Below are positions 36,338 to 44,991 of a stretch of DNA of 64,000 nucleotides, one piece after another. A model generated the notes under the pieces. The model was not told where the DNA came from and searched no databases. It saw only the letters and a list, made by a program, of their open reading frames with translations. Origin of the DNA: a virus (Duplodnaviria > Caudoviricetes); IMG/VR virus record IMGVR_UViG_2609460327_000001, positions 96,001-160,000 of that record; one strand, 5' to 3'. Numbering within the stretch: position 1 is the first letter of the stretch; every line of letters starts with the position of its first letter. Both the position numbers and the translations under genes were made by a program.

Positions 36338-38203
36338 ATGGATATTATATCGCTACAAAAGGCAACAAAGGCAAAACGAGAGATGAAGAAAGTAAAGGAT
36401 CGTCTTGGCGATGGTGTCCAGTCATCGTTTGCTAATGTCAAGGGTAGGCTGGAGGCACTGGAAGCCAGGAAGATCGGAGAGAATGCAGCAACGTATTTAA
36501 TCAGCACTGATGATCAGTGGAAAGCCGGGACAATGAATAACGTCCTTGCTGCTGACGGTGTCCTGACTGGAGCAGGATCTTGGATTGGTGAGATCGAAAT
36601 TCCAGACGCCGTATCACTATCTAAAATCGGAATAGAGACTAAAGTCTTACAAGCCGAGGATTATACCCCTCTGATTCAAGGTATGACATCTGGAACAGCA
36701 CCGGCTCCGCAGGTCGCTACCGCATCGAGTGGTTCTGGTTATGCTATGTTCTCTGATTCGGGAAGCGCCGCGTGGAGATCGTCTGGTGGTGTGATTAGAA
36801 ACTCATGGGTCATGATTGATTTGGGCTCTGCTAAAAACGTTACACAATACACAATGTCTACCGGGGTGGAAAATTCCACTACCAATACGTACTCTAATTC
36901 AATGCCAGGATCATGGAGGCTTGAAGGAAGTAATGATGGCACATCTTGGACCACGATCGATACAAGAACCGCCACCGCGGCTGATTGGGGCGGTTGGAGA
37001 AACTGGTCTACTAGGATTACGAAAACTTTCCAGTTTGCCAATGCCAATAATTATCGGTATTATCGATTCTATTTTGTGCAAACATGCGATACAAGCAGCA
37101 GCACATATACCTTTATCGTTGGCCGCACGCAGTTGTATGAGCAAGGCAGCGCCCAGCCAATTTATGTGAACGATGATTTCTCGACTGCAGATGTTACGAT
37201 CGATACAGGAAGGGGATTCGAAGCGCTCGGATCGAGTGGTATAATCAACTCCAAATTCAATACGAACATTAAGGTGAAGATTGCGGCGCCAAGTGGAAAG
37301 ACGCTGAGCATCAGCAAACTATCGATCACGTATCGCTCCCGTCCAATCAATATGCGGATATCCGAAGTGGAAAAAATGGTTGCAATCAATCTGAACAAGC
37401 ATAATCTCCGGGTTGCAGCGCTTCTTAACAAAGCCAGATACAAGCTGACAGATATGGTTGTTGACGACTTCGCGGACTTGTCGGGTATTGACACTGATAA
37501 ATCCACGGGGTATGCGTATGATGGTACATTGAAAAAAATATCGGTGTCTGATAATCAAGACACAGCGGAAGTTGTCACAGTAGCAGAAAAGCTTGACGCA
37601 GTTCCGGAGATGTTATTGCTTTCAGAAGCGTCGGCTGGAATATCCACAAGCACCAAATCACCTGATTTGGCTTCTGGAACAATGAATGGCACGGATTTTA
37701 TGAATGGTGCAATTAACCTTCATGTTGTCGGAGAAACGAGCCAGAAGGTTTATGCGACATCAGGGACATATGAAACAGCGGTTATCGACATGGGCGATAA
37801 CTATAAATCATTCAACCAGGTTACAGTGCTATCAGATATTCCGACCGGATCTTCTCTGAAGGTATCATCCTCTACTTCCGAGGATGGCGTTGCATTTACG
37901 CCGTATACTCCATTGAATCCGGATGGGTCTGTTGCTTCTCCAAACGGTAGATATATTAAATTCCGTTGCGACATGGAGTCGGGCACGACCACGACGAATG
38001 AGACGCTTCAGGATTTCACTTCAGATGAGGTAGATCGATTTGAAACGAATCCGTATATCCAGTTTGACGGGGCAGCTAAATTTCGCTTCTTTTATCGATC
38101 GGATATGCAGAAGGATTCAAGCTTTGCTGATTCAGGTAGCGTGTTCAGAGGGAAGATTAAGAAGTCCGAGTTTCAAGAGCTTAAATCGATAGAGGTGAAC
38201 TAA
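36338..38203 (+). CDS. Tail fibre subunit with discoidin-like domain
   Basis: MDIISLQKA N-terminus. WVMIDLG...PGSWRLEGSNDGTSWTTID...YRYYRF. Shares modules with the ORFs at 30111 and 41440. Confidence 0.75.
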   Translation: MDIISLQKATKAKREMKKVKDRLGDGVQSSFANVKGRLEALEARKIGENAATYLISTDDQWKAGTMNNVLAADGVLTGAGSWIGEIEIPDAVSLSKIGIETKVLQAEDYTPLIQGMTSGTAPAPQVATASSGSGYAMFSDSGSAAWRSSGGVIRNSWVMIDLGSAKNVTQYTMSTGVENSTTNTYSNSMPGSWRLEGSNDGTSWTTIDTRTATAADWGGWRNWSTRITKTFQFANANNYRYYRFYFVQTCDTSSSTYTFIVGRTQLYEQGSAQPIYVNDDFSTADVTIDTGRGFEALGSSGIINSKFNTNIKVKIAAPSGKTLSISKLSITYRSRPINMRISEVEKMVAINLNKHNLRVAALLNKARYKLTDMVVDDFADLSGIDTDKSTGYAYDGTLKKISVSDNQDTAEVVTVAEKLDAVPEMLLLSEASAGISTSTKSPDLASGTMNGTDFMNGAINLHVVGETSQKVYATSGTYETAVIDMGDNYKSFNQVTVLSDIPTGSSLKVSSSTSEDGVAFTPYTPLNPDGSVASPNGRYIKFRCDMESGTTTTNETLQDFTSDEVDRFETNPYIQFDGAAKFRFFYRSDMQKDSSFADSGSVFRGKIKKSEFQELKSIEVN

Positions 38204-38205
38204 CA

Positions 38206-41200
38206 ATGGCAGTTAAAGTAGGCCAAGTATTTACCGTCCCATACTCGGGAGCAAAAGAAAACTGGGTGGTACCTAATGGCGTCACTAAGGTCCGCATTCA
38301 ATGTTACGGTCCTGTAGGTGGCGCGGCTTCCAGCGGCTATGCCGGAAACCATTATGTTGCACCGACGAATGGGGCAATCACGTACTATGATGTGAAGGTG
38401 GCGTCTAAGGAATCATTTAGCTGTTACGTAGGACAGGTTGGAATAACTGGAGGAACCGGTTCATACACGCCAGGACGATTGGGCCCAGGAGGAGGCGGTG
38501 GCGGCAGCGGGGCAACTCAGGTATATAAAGACGATGCCCTCATTGTAAGTGCCCGTGGTGGCGATGGAGCACATGGCGGAGATGGCAACACATCCAACTC
38601 TTCTGGCTATGGGTTGGGCGGAGATGCTGGATGGTCAGGACCCAATGGTATTGGTAAAAACGGAAAACGCGCGAGCTCTCTAAGCGGCGGCGCTGGCGGT
38701 GCTGGAGGTGGAACTAGTATTGGAACATCTACAGGTGCGACCAATAGTAGCGTAGGTAAGATTGAATTTATCGTCTTGGAAATCGCCAACTCAAAATATC
38801 TTTTCCAAGATGGATCGGATATTAAGAAGTATATGCCATATCAACCTGCAGTTGCGGGAAGCAACCAGATACCAAGAATGACTTCATATACAGCTCCATC
38901 TGGTGCAGTTTCCGCCAGCGCTTATCATATACAAACAGGATATGCTGCATGGAAAGCATTTGATGGTACGGAAACTGGTGTTTATCAATCTCCATCCGGA
39001 GCATTGACAGTCTGGGTAGAATATGACTTCCAGAGACCTGTTTTAATTTCGAAATATGTAATTCATGCAGGACAAAACGCCAGCTATTTGCCATTATCAT
39101 GGGATTTCGAAGGATTTGATGGGGAAAACTGGATTGTATTAGACTCTCAAGATGGGCAGACAAACTGGGTGAATGGCGATATAAAAAGCTATTTATTTAG
39201 CAATACAGTGAGCTACAACAGGTATCGCATAAATATGAAGTCCGGAAGAAGCGACTCTTATTATCTTCCAGAGCTTGAAATGCATTCACCAAGCTATCCC
39301 GAGCAGCCAGCCAGATGGGAGGTAGTAGGAACAACTCCTGTTACCAAGGCGATGTTTGATGCAGACGGTATGAACGATACAGACCTAGCAAAGGTTGATC
39401 ATGCAGCCATTCAATTGCTCAATTCTGAGAATATCGATCTGCTAGTGTGGACCGATGAAGTTGGAGCAATCCAAAGCTACTCTCAAAACCAGTGTGTGGC
39501 AGGAATACCATATGCAATTGGTAGCTTTAGCTCATCATCATATCCAGAGTCCTATGCATTTGATAACAACAGCAACACGAAATGGGTTGCCACTCACGCC
39601 ACATCAATCGGAAATGGGGCGATTGGATATCAATTCCCAAGCCCGATTGAAATTCGGAAATTCGTTATTCAAATGTCGAATAACCTTATGACGGCATTTA
39701 AGGTGCAATACTCTGACGATGGGGCAGCGTGGACGACAGCCACATCCGTATCAGGGATTACAGCAAATACGACCGAAATTAAAATCGGCTCATTCGGCGC
39801 ACACAGCTACTGGCGGCTGCTTAATGATACAATGACTAATTCAATGTGGGAAGTAGTCGAGCTACAAATGATGACTGGTAATCCATCCCCTCCGAGTCGA
39901 ACGATGGACATAACAGCAATCCCCTTCAGGCAGCTACTTATTCCAACGAGCGATCTTACCGTGGGAGAAATCGATAAAGTGCGACTTGATATTGTCAATA
40001 AAAAACCTGAAAATGCTATACCGCTCATGACAAGCAATACCGCTCCAAGCGGTAAAGCAAGCTCCAGTACGTATCAAACTGGAAGCGAAGCTTACAAAGC
40101 CTTTGACTCCGTTCGTACTGCCGGATCGTCATCATGGTTAACCGCATCGAATGTATTAACAGGCTGGCTTGCTTACGAGTTTCCTACAGCCAAGGTCATC
40201 ACTTCATACATGATCATTCCGTACACGGAAAGCTTATCACCAAAAACGTGGACGTTTGAAGGCAGTAATGATGGAATCACATGGGATGTGCTAGATCGGC
40301 AGGCCTTAGCAGCGTGGGCCGATTGGAGTCCAAGAGGAACTAGTTTGACCTACTCGTTTGCGAATGATGTTGCATACACGAAGTACCGGCTAAATATTAC
40401 GGAATCCTTCGGAACTGCTTATGTCGGCATCGCGGTTCTGGAAATGTATGAAAAACCAGTCGGCACGGATCTCAAGGTATTGCTAAGTGGAGATAGTGGG
40501 CTTACCTGGAAAACGCTTAAAGGTGGCGGAGAATTTTTGCCAGCGATGACATCTAATTCAACGCCAGCTCCTTACCTGGTTGAAGCATCCTCTGTTTTGA
40601 CTGGTGCGAGTAATTATCAGCCATGGAAGGCATTCAATAAAACAGTAACTGATTATACCGACTCCTGGATAAGCGATGATAAGGTCGGATGGGTATCAAT
40701 TGATCTAGGCAGCAGTGGAAGTAAAAAAATATCGGAATATTCTGTTACTTGTCGAAATTGGAACGATAGTCAAGCTGACAAAGAAACCACGGCACCAAAA
40801 TCTTGGACCTTTGAAGGGTCAAATGACAATGCAAATTGGGCTATACTTGATACGCAAGTTAACCAGATATCTTGGACAAAAGCGCAAAAGAGATCCTTCA
40901 AAATTTCCAATAGTGGTATATATCGTTATTATCGATTAAACATCTCAGATAATAACGGAGCGTACTATGTAGCAATTGGAGAGATCGGGTTAATTGAAGC
41001 TCCATCTTTCCAAACGGTTAATATTGCAGATATGGCAGCTGTAAAATCCAGCGGAATGACGCCGGCACAAGTTAATGCGATATCTGCATCTGACTGGTCT
41101 AATCTTGTGAGCAGTGGCAAGCTTCGTCTAGCTTTCTACATGGAGCTTAACAATATGACCGATATTCTTGAGATCAGAAAACTGGACGTAAATCAAAAGA

Positions 41201-41427
41201 TTCACACGATAACGCCAAGCCTAAGTGGGATTTCGGTGATATACAATAACCTAAAGATCTCAAAGCCCCACTTTTTTGTATCAAGAGATGATGGCGGAAC
41301 ATGGACAGAAGTATCGCCAGATGCTCTGACCAAATTAGACGGCATGCCAGAGGGCAAGATGCTCAGGGTGAAAGCTGTTCTAAGGAACGGCGAAGAGGTT
41401 CAAGCATTATCATATTCCTGGGTGTAA
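38206..41427 (+). CDS. Tail fibre subunit: N-terminal glycine-rich domain plus four discoidin-like domains
   Basis: Gly-rich GPGGGGGGSG...GGAGGAGGG region. Four repeats of the type PxMTS...KAFD...W..Y.F...PKxWTFEGSND...YR. Ends ALSYSWV. Confidence 0.75.
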   Translation: MAVKVGQVFTVPYSGAKENWVVPNGVTKVRIQCYGPVGGAASSGYAGNHYVAPTNGAITYYDVKVASKESFSCYVGQVGITGGTGSYTPGRLGPGGGGGGSGATQVYKDDALIVSARGGDGAHGGDGNTSNSSGYGLGGDAGWSGPNGIGKNGKRASSLSGGAGGAGGGTSIGTSTGATNSSVGKIEFIVLEIANSKYLFQDGSDIKKYMPYQPAVAGSNQIPRMTSYTAPSGAVSASAYHIQTGYAAWKAFDGTETGVYQSPSGALTVWVEYDFQRPVLISKYVIHAGQNASYLPLSWDFEGFDGENWIVLDSQDGQTNWVNGDIKSYLFSNTVSYNRYRINMKSGRSDSYYLPELEMHSPSYPEQPARWEVVGTTPVTKAMFDADGMNDTDLAKVDHAAIQLLNSENIDLLVWTDEVGAIQSYSQNQCVAGIPYAIGSFSSSSYPESYAFDNNSNTKWVATHATSIGNGAIGYQFPSPIEIRKFVIQMSNNLMTAFKVQYSDDGAAWTTATSVSGITANTTEIKIGSFGAHSYWRLLNDTMTNSMWEVVELQMMTGNPSPPSRTMDITAIPFRQLLIPTSDLTVGEIDKVRLDIVNKKPENAIPLMTSNTAPSGKASSSTYQTGSEAYKAFDSVRTAGSSSWLTASNVLTGWLAYEFPTAKVITSYMIIPYTESLSPKTWTFEGSNDGITWDVLDRQALAAWADWSPRGTSLTYSFANDVAYTKYRLNITESFGTAYVGIAVLEMYEKPVGTDLKVLLSGDSGLTWKTLKGGGEFLPAMTSNSTPAPYLVEASSVLTGASNYQPWKAFNKTVTDYTDSWISDDKVGWVSIDLGSSGSKKISEYSVTCRNWNDSQADKETTAPKSWTFEGSNDNANWAILDTQVNQISWTKAQKRSFKISNSGIYRYYRLNISDNNGAYYVAIGEIGLIEAPSFQTVNIADMAAVKSSGMTPAQVNAISASDWSNLVSSGKLRLAFYMELNNMTDILEIRKLDVNQKIHTITPSLSGISVIYNNLKISKPHFFVSRDDGGTWTEVSPDALTKLDGMPEGKMLRVKAVLRNGEEVQALSYSWV

Positions 41428-41439
41428 GGAGGATTTTAA

Positions 41440-42498
41440 ATGAGCATGGATATTATTAGTTACGGGGTCGCCAACAAGGCGGCCTCCGATCAAAAGAAAA
41501 CTCGGGATACAACGCTCGGCGCAGGCGTCGAGGGACAGGCCCATAACCTCAAGGAAAGAATCGACCTAGCCGAGAAATATATCCAGGGTGTCGTTCGGTT
41601 AGCAGACAGTATAATCGTTAAGGATACCATCAATATCATGAAAGCCAACGCCAGACTGAATGTGATCGCAAAGTCCAAGCGCTACAAACTGGCAAACATG
41701 GTCTTTGAAGACTTCCTAGACGACTCTGGAATTGATGCTGCGAAAAGCACGAACTTCTCACTGGACATAACACTCGGGAAAGTGAGCTCTGTGTCCGGCA
41801 CAGCAGTTATCACAAGCACGGCTGAGACTGCTGATGCTGTGCCGAGCAAGGCCATCCTCGTTACTGAAGAGAATATGCCGCAGAAGACGCCGCTGATTCC
41901 AACGATGATAAGCAATATTAGGCCGATTCCATATGTCGCTAGTGCATACGACCAAACATATTCGTCTAATCAGGCATGGATGGCCTTTGATGAAACAAGT
42001 AATTATTTTATGGGGGGCGTCAACGCAAAGCTTCCGTATTGGTTGATGATCGATCTTGGCACAAATGCGGAGGCTGCCAATCAATTGGAGATTATTACGA
42101 CGGGCTATGGTACACCGCAAGGCGGATTGATACAGGGCAGTATGGATGGAAAAACCTTCGAGAATTTGGCGACGCTTCCAGCAAGTATGGCCTACTACAG
42201 AACCTATCTAATTGATTTCGTAAACACCGTAAAATACAGATACTACCGTCTAATTCAAACGACGTCAGGTCTAAACCGCATGGAAGTCAATAAAATGCAG
42301 CTTTATAAGGTGACTAGTGAAGGCGCGCAAGTCGGAAAGTACTTTATTTCAAGAGATGACGGAGTGACGTGGGAACCGATCAACCCGGGGGAGCTCTTTT
42401 ATTTCGGAGGAAACACACCTGCTGGCACAAAAATCCGGACCCGAATTGAAATGCCAGACAAATCAGAACTATTAAACTACGGACTCACCTGGTCCTAA
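41440..42498 (+). CDS. Tail fibre subunit with one discoidin-like domain
   Basis: MSMDIISYG N-terminus. RYKLANMVFEDF.DDSGID module shared with 36338. WLMIDLG...QGSMDG..F...YRYYRL. SRDDG.TW C-terminal module. Confidence 0.75.
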   Translation: MSMDIISYGVANKAASDQKKTRDTTLGAGVEGQAHNLKERIDLAEKYIQGVVRLADSIIVKDTINIMKANARLNVIAKSKRYKLANMVFEDFLDDSGIDAAKSTNFSLDITLGKVSSVSGTAVITSTAETADAVPSKAILVTEENMPQKTPLIPTMISNIRPIPYVASAYDQTYSSNQAWMAFDETSNYFMGGVNAKLPYWLMIDLGTNAEAANQLEIITTGYGTPQGGLIQGSMDGKTFENLATLPASMAYYRTYLIDFVNTVKYRYYRLIQTTSGLNRMEVNKMQLYKVTSEGAQVGKYFISRDDGVTWEPINPGELFYFGGNTPAGTKIRTRIEMPDKSELLNYGLTWS

Positions 42499-42513
42499 AG
42501 GAGACGATCGACT

Positions 42514-42960
42514 ATGGCAAGAGAGCGATTCACACTGGTAACAGACGAAGTAAAACGCGAGGAGGATATTCGCCGGCAGATTGAAACCGGCGAAATGAAT
42601 CCGGGAGTATATGCCACGCTGTCTGATGACGATAAAACAGCAGTATCTAATGTCCTGTTCGAGATGTCTTCCGAGAAGATCGAGCCGAACCAAGGCACAT
42701 CTGCATTGGAGTTTATTCTGTTTGCTTTCATGCGTATCACCAACAAGAAACTGTCCGGCATGAGCCTTACCGCAGAGGATCAGGAAGTAGAAGACGCGCT
42801 TCAAGTGATTCTAGGCAATCACCAGATCACGGATGGCACCACACCAAAAGCAGATTGGCTCTTCGATTACATGAGCTATGCGCAGGCCAAATCGGCCGAG
42901 TTCCTGCAGAACCGCGCAGAACACATCGACCGTAAGAAGAGCACCATCGGAGTGATCTAA
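42514..42960 (+). CDS. Hypothetical protein (possible fibre assembly protein)
   Basis: RBS AAAGGAG. 148 aa, predicted helical, at the end of the fibre cassette. Confidence 0.5.
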   Translation: MARERFTLVTDEVKREEDIRRQIETGEMNPGVYATLSDDDKTAVSNVLFEMSSEKIEPNQGTSALEFILFAFMRITNKKLSGMSLTAEDQEVEDALQVILGNHQITDGTTPKADWLFDYMSYAQAKSAEFLQNRAEHIDRKKSTIGVI

Positions 42961-43460
42961 TGGATTTCGAGGTCGGTGACATCTTAATGATACGCGGAGA
43001 CACTTTTATGGTGTCTCCCATCATCAAAGAAGTCCTTCATTCCGAGTTCTCCCATGTCGCTATCGCTGTCGGAAAGAACCACATCTGCGAGATCGATGCC
43101 TTCAAGCGAATGCGGATCGTAAGTAATCCATATACCGATTACGACCTATACCGGATCAACACCGGACTAAAAGCAGCAGAGAAGCTAAAGATGCAGACGT
43201 TCCTCCAAGAGAAGTGCAGAACCATAAAGGGATATGATTGGCTGCGGATCATCGAGATCATCTTACGTCGGTATCTCAAGTGGGAAGTTTCTCTCAACAC
43301 CAAGAATCGGTACATCTGCTCGGAAGTAATTGACGCCGCGTATGCGGCCATCGGAATGAATCTGGTGCCGCAGCTCGAAGATGAGGACGTAACTCCGATG
43401 GATATCTTAAAATCGCCCTACATTGTTCAGATCAAAAATACCCTTGCAAAGAGTGTGTAG
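42960..43460 (+). CDS. Permuted papain-like NlpC/P60 enzyme (YiiX/YebB-like)
   Basis: GDILMIRG...FSHVAI (His) precedes GYDW...RYICSEVI (Cys): the circularly permuted catalytic order. Confidence 0.8.
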   Translation: MDFEVGDILMIRGDTFMVSPIIKEVLHSEFSHVAIAVGKNHICEIDAFKRMRIVSNPYTDYDLYRINTGLKAAEKLKMQTFLQEKCRTIKGYDWLRIIEIILRRYLKWEVSLNTKNRYICSEVIDAAYAAIGMNLVPQLEDEDVTPMDILKSPYIVQIKNTLAKSV

Positions 43461-43484
43461 CAATTCGCTATGCACTCTTTCTTT
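43448..43484 (+). terminator. Rho-independent terminator
   Basis: AAAGAGTGTGTAGC-aattc-GCTATGCACTCTTT followed by cttt. Confidence 0.7.
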
Positions 43485-43500
43485 AAATGTAAACAGGCTT

Positions 43501-43527
43501 TATAATGTAATAATGTAACGTATTACA
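43501..43527 (+). promoter_or_regulatory. TATAAT box followed by palindrome TGTAACGTATTACA
   Basis: TATAAT at 43501-43506; palindrome at 43514-43527 (reverse complement TGTAATACGTTACA, one mismatch to the copies at 6307 and 58546). Confidence 0.6.
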
Positions 43528-43545
43528 AAGAAAGGGGGATATGAT

Positions 43546-44991
43546 GTGGATTATACATTGGATATCGATGGCGTCCTTTTCGCGAGCAATAAGCCATTCT
43601 CTGCGACCCTCGCCGTACTGGAAGACCTCCAGGATGACAACGTGTTTACGGAAGAACGAGACTACGCCTCGTTCGAGAAGACCCCGCTTCAGTACCAGAT
43701 CACCTCAGAGACCGGAGACGATATTATCCAAGTCACAATTCCGTATTCCAATCGCCTGAGTGATTCAGATGCCGCACATGCCGTAGTTTGCTTCCATGAT
43801 GGTATCAGTAACTGGCGGCCGGTCAAGACCGACTGCGACCAAGATGGGCGCACTCTGCAAGCGACATTCGTGGGAAAAAAACTGACGATTGGCTTATTCC
43901 TTAACGAATATTTCTATTCAGAATATACACAGTACATGGCAGATGAGTTTCCTACATGGACAACGCTGCGCGGGAAAAAGTTCAGTCTTGGACAAAGATT
44001 TTTAAACTACTTCGGGATGCAGTTTGAACGAGGCATGGGTGATCTTAAAGATATCCGCCGCCAGCGATTCATCGACACGCTTGACCCGAACATGATGGAC
44101 TGGGTTTATATCTATCCAATCCCTAAGATTTCATCTACAGACAGTCTAACGATTTATGATCAAGAAAATGCTGACCTTCGTAAGCCGGTTCCCATCTTAA
44201 GCTCACTAAAAGAGTTCTTTTATAACATGGAGCAGAAGGGCGTCATTATTGATTACGAGTCTCGAGTCATGTACTCCATTCGTCGATATGAAACCATTCT
44301 AGGTGTAGTCGAGAATATTGATAACCGGCAGGGCTTCCGATCAACACCGACACCTCATTTAATCTGGAATGCCTTTGATGAGTTCGGGCTTTTAGTCGGC
44401 GTGAAGCGCCTGACGCTTGAGCGGAATGCAGAGTATCGTGAGCGCATCAAAGATGCTTTCCGTTACCCGGCAAACAACAGTGAGCTGGGGCTAACCCATG
44501 CACTCGGCCGCGAGCTTGGCTTAATCCGGAGATTCGTGTGGAAAGACGATACGAAGAACTTGTACATCAAAGGCAGCGGACTAGACCACCGCACGATCCG
44601 TGTGGATGGCCAGAAGATTGAACCTAACATGTACGCAGTAGATCGGTTCGGCAACATCATGATTCAGGCTTTCCGTGAAGGAAAAGAGCATACCGTCTCC
44701 ATCATCAAAGATGTCTTCAAGCATCAGCTGTACGATAAACAGGATGAAGAATTGTACAAAATGATGTTCGGTGAAGATGGGCAAGCCACAGACAAGCTAA
44801 TCAATTGGGTGAATTACATCAACGAAGTAGCTCCTGTGATGTGGGGGAAATTCAATTGGGATGAAGGATACTGGGATACGATCAGCAGAGACCTGACGGG
44901 GATCGGGTATCTTCCAAACATTTGGGATTCAGATATCAAGGTCTGGGACGATTACACATTCAGACTAGATCTAGCGAAGGAGAAGTTTTAA
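43546..44991 (+). CDS. Baseplate wedge-like structural protein
   Basis: GTG start with RBS AAAGGGGG. FDEFGLLVGVKRLTLERNAEYRERIK resembles the gpI/gpJ-type LD..G...G..R...E....YR.RI motif. Confidence 0.6.
   Translation: MDYTLDIDGVLFASNKPFSATLAVLEDLQDDNVFTEERDYASFEKTPLQYQITSETGDDIIQVTIPYSNRLSDSDAAHAVVCFHDGISNWRPVKTDCDQDGRTLQATFVGKKLTIGLFLNEYFYSEYTQYMADEFPTWTTLRGKKFSLGQRFLNYFGMQFERGMGDLKDIRRQRFIDTLDPNMMDWVYIYPIPKISSTDSLTIYDQENADLRKPVPILSSLKEFFYNMEQKGVIIDYESRVMYSIRRYETILGVVENIDNRQGFRSTPTPHLIWNAFDEFGLLVGVKRLTLERNAEYRERIKDAFRYPANNSELGLTHALGRELGLIRRFVWKDDTKNLYIKGSGLDHRTIRVDGQKIEPNMYAVDRFGNIMIQAFREGKEHTVSIIKDVFKHQLYDKQDEELYKMMFGEDGQATDKLINWVNYINEVAPVMWGKFNWDEGYWDTISRDLTGIGYLPNIWDSDIKVWDDYTFRLDLAKEKF

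Noticed and set aside
38470-38720. GGC/GGT-rich low-complexity DNA as a repeat element
   Set aside because: Explained by a glycine-rich protein domain.
44922-44990. Track start of the 2810-aa ORF
   Set aside because: It overlaps the upstream gene by 70 bp; ATG 44991 with an AAGGAG RBS is more plausible.
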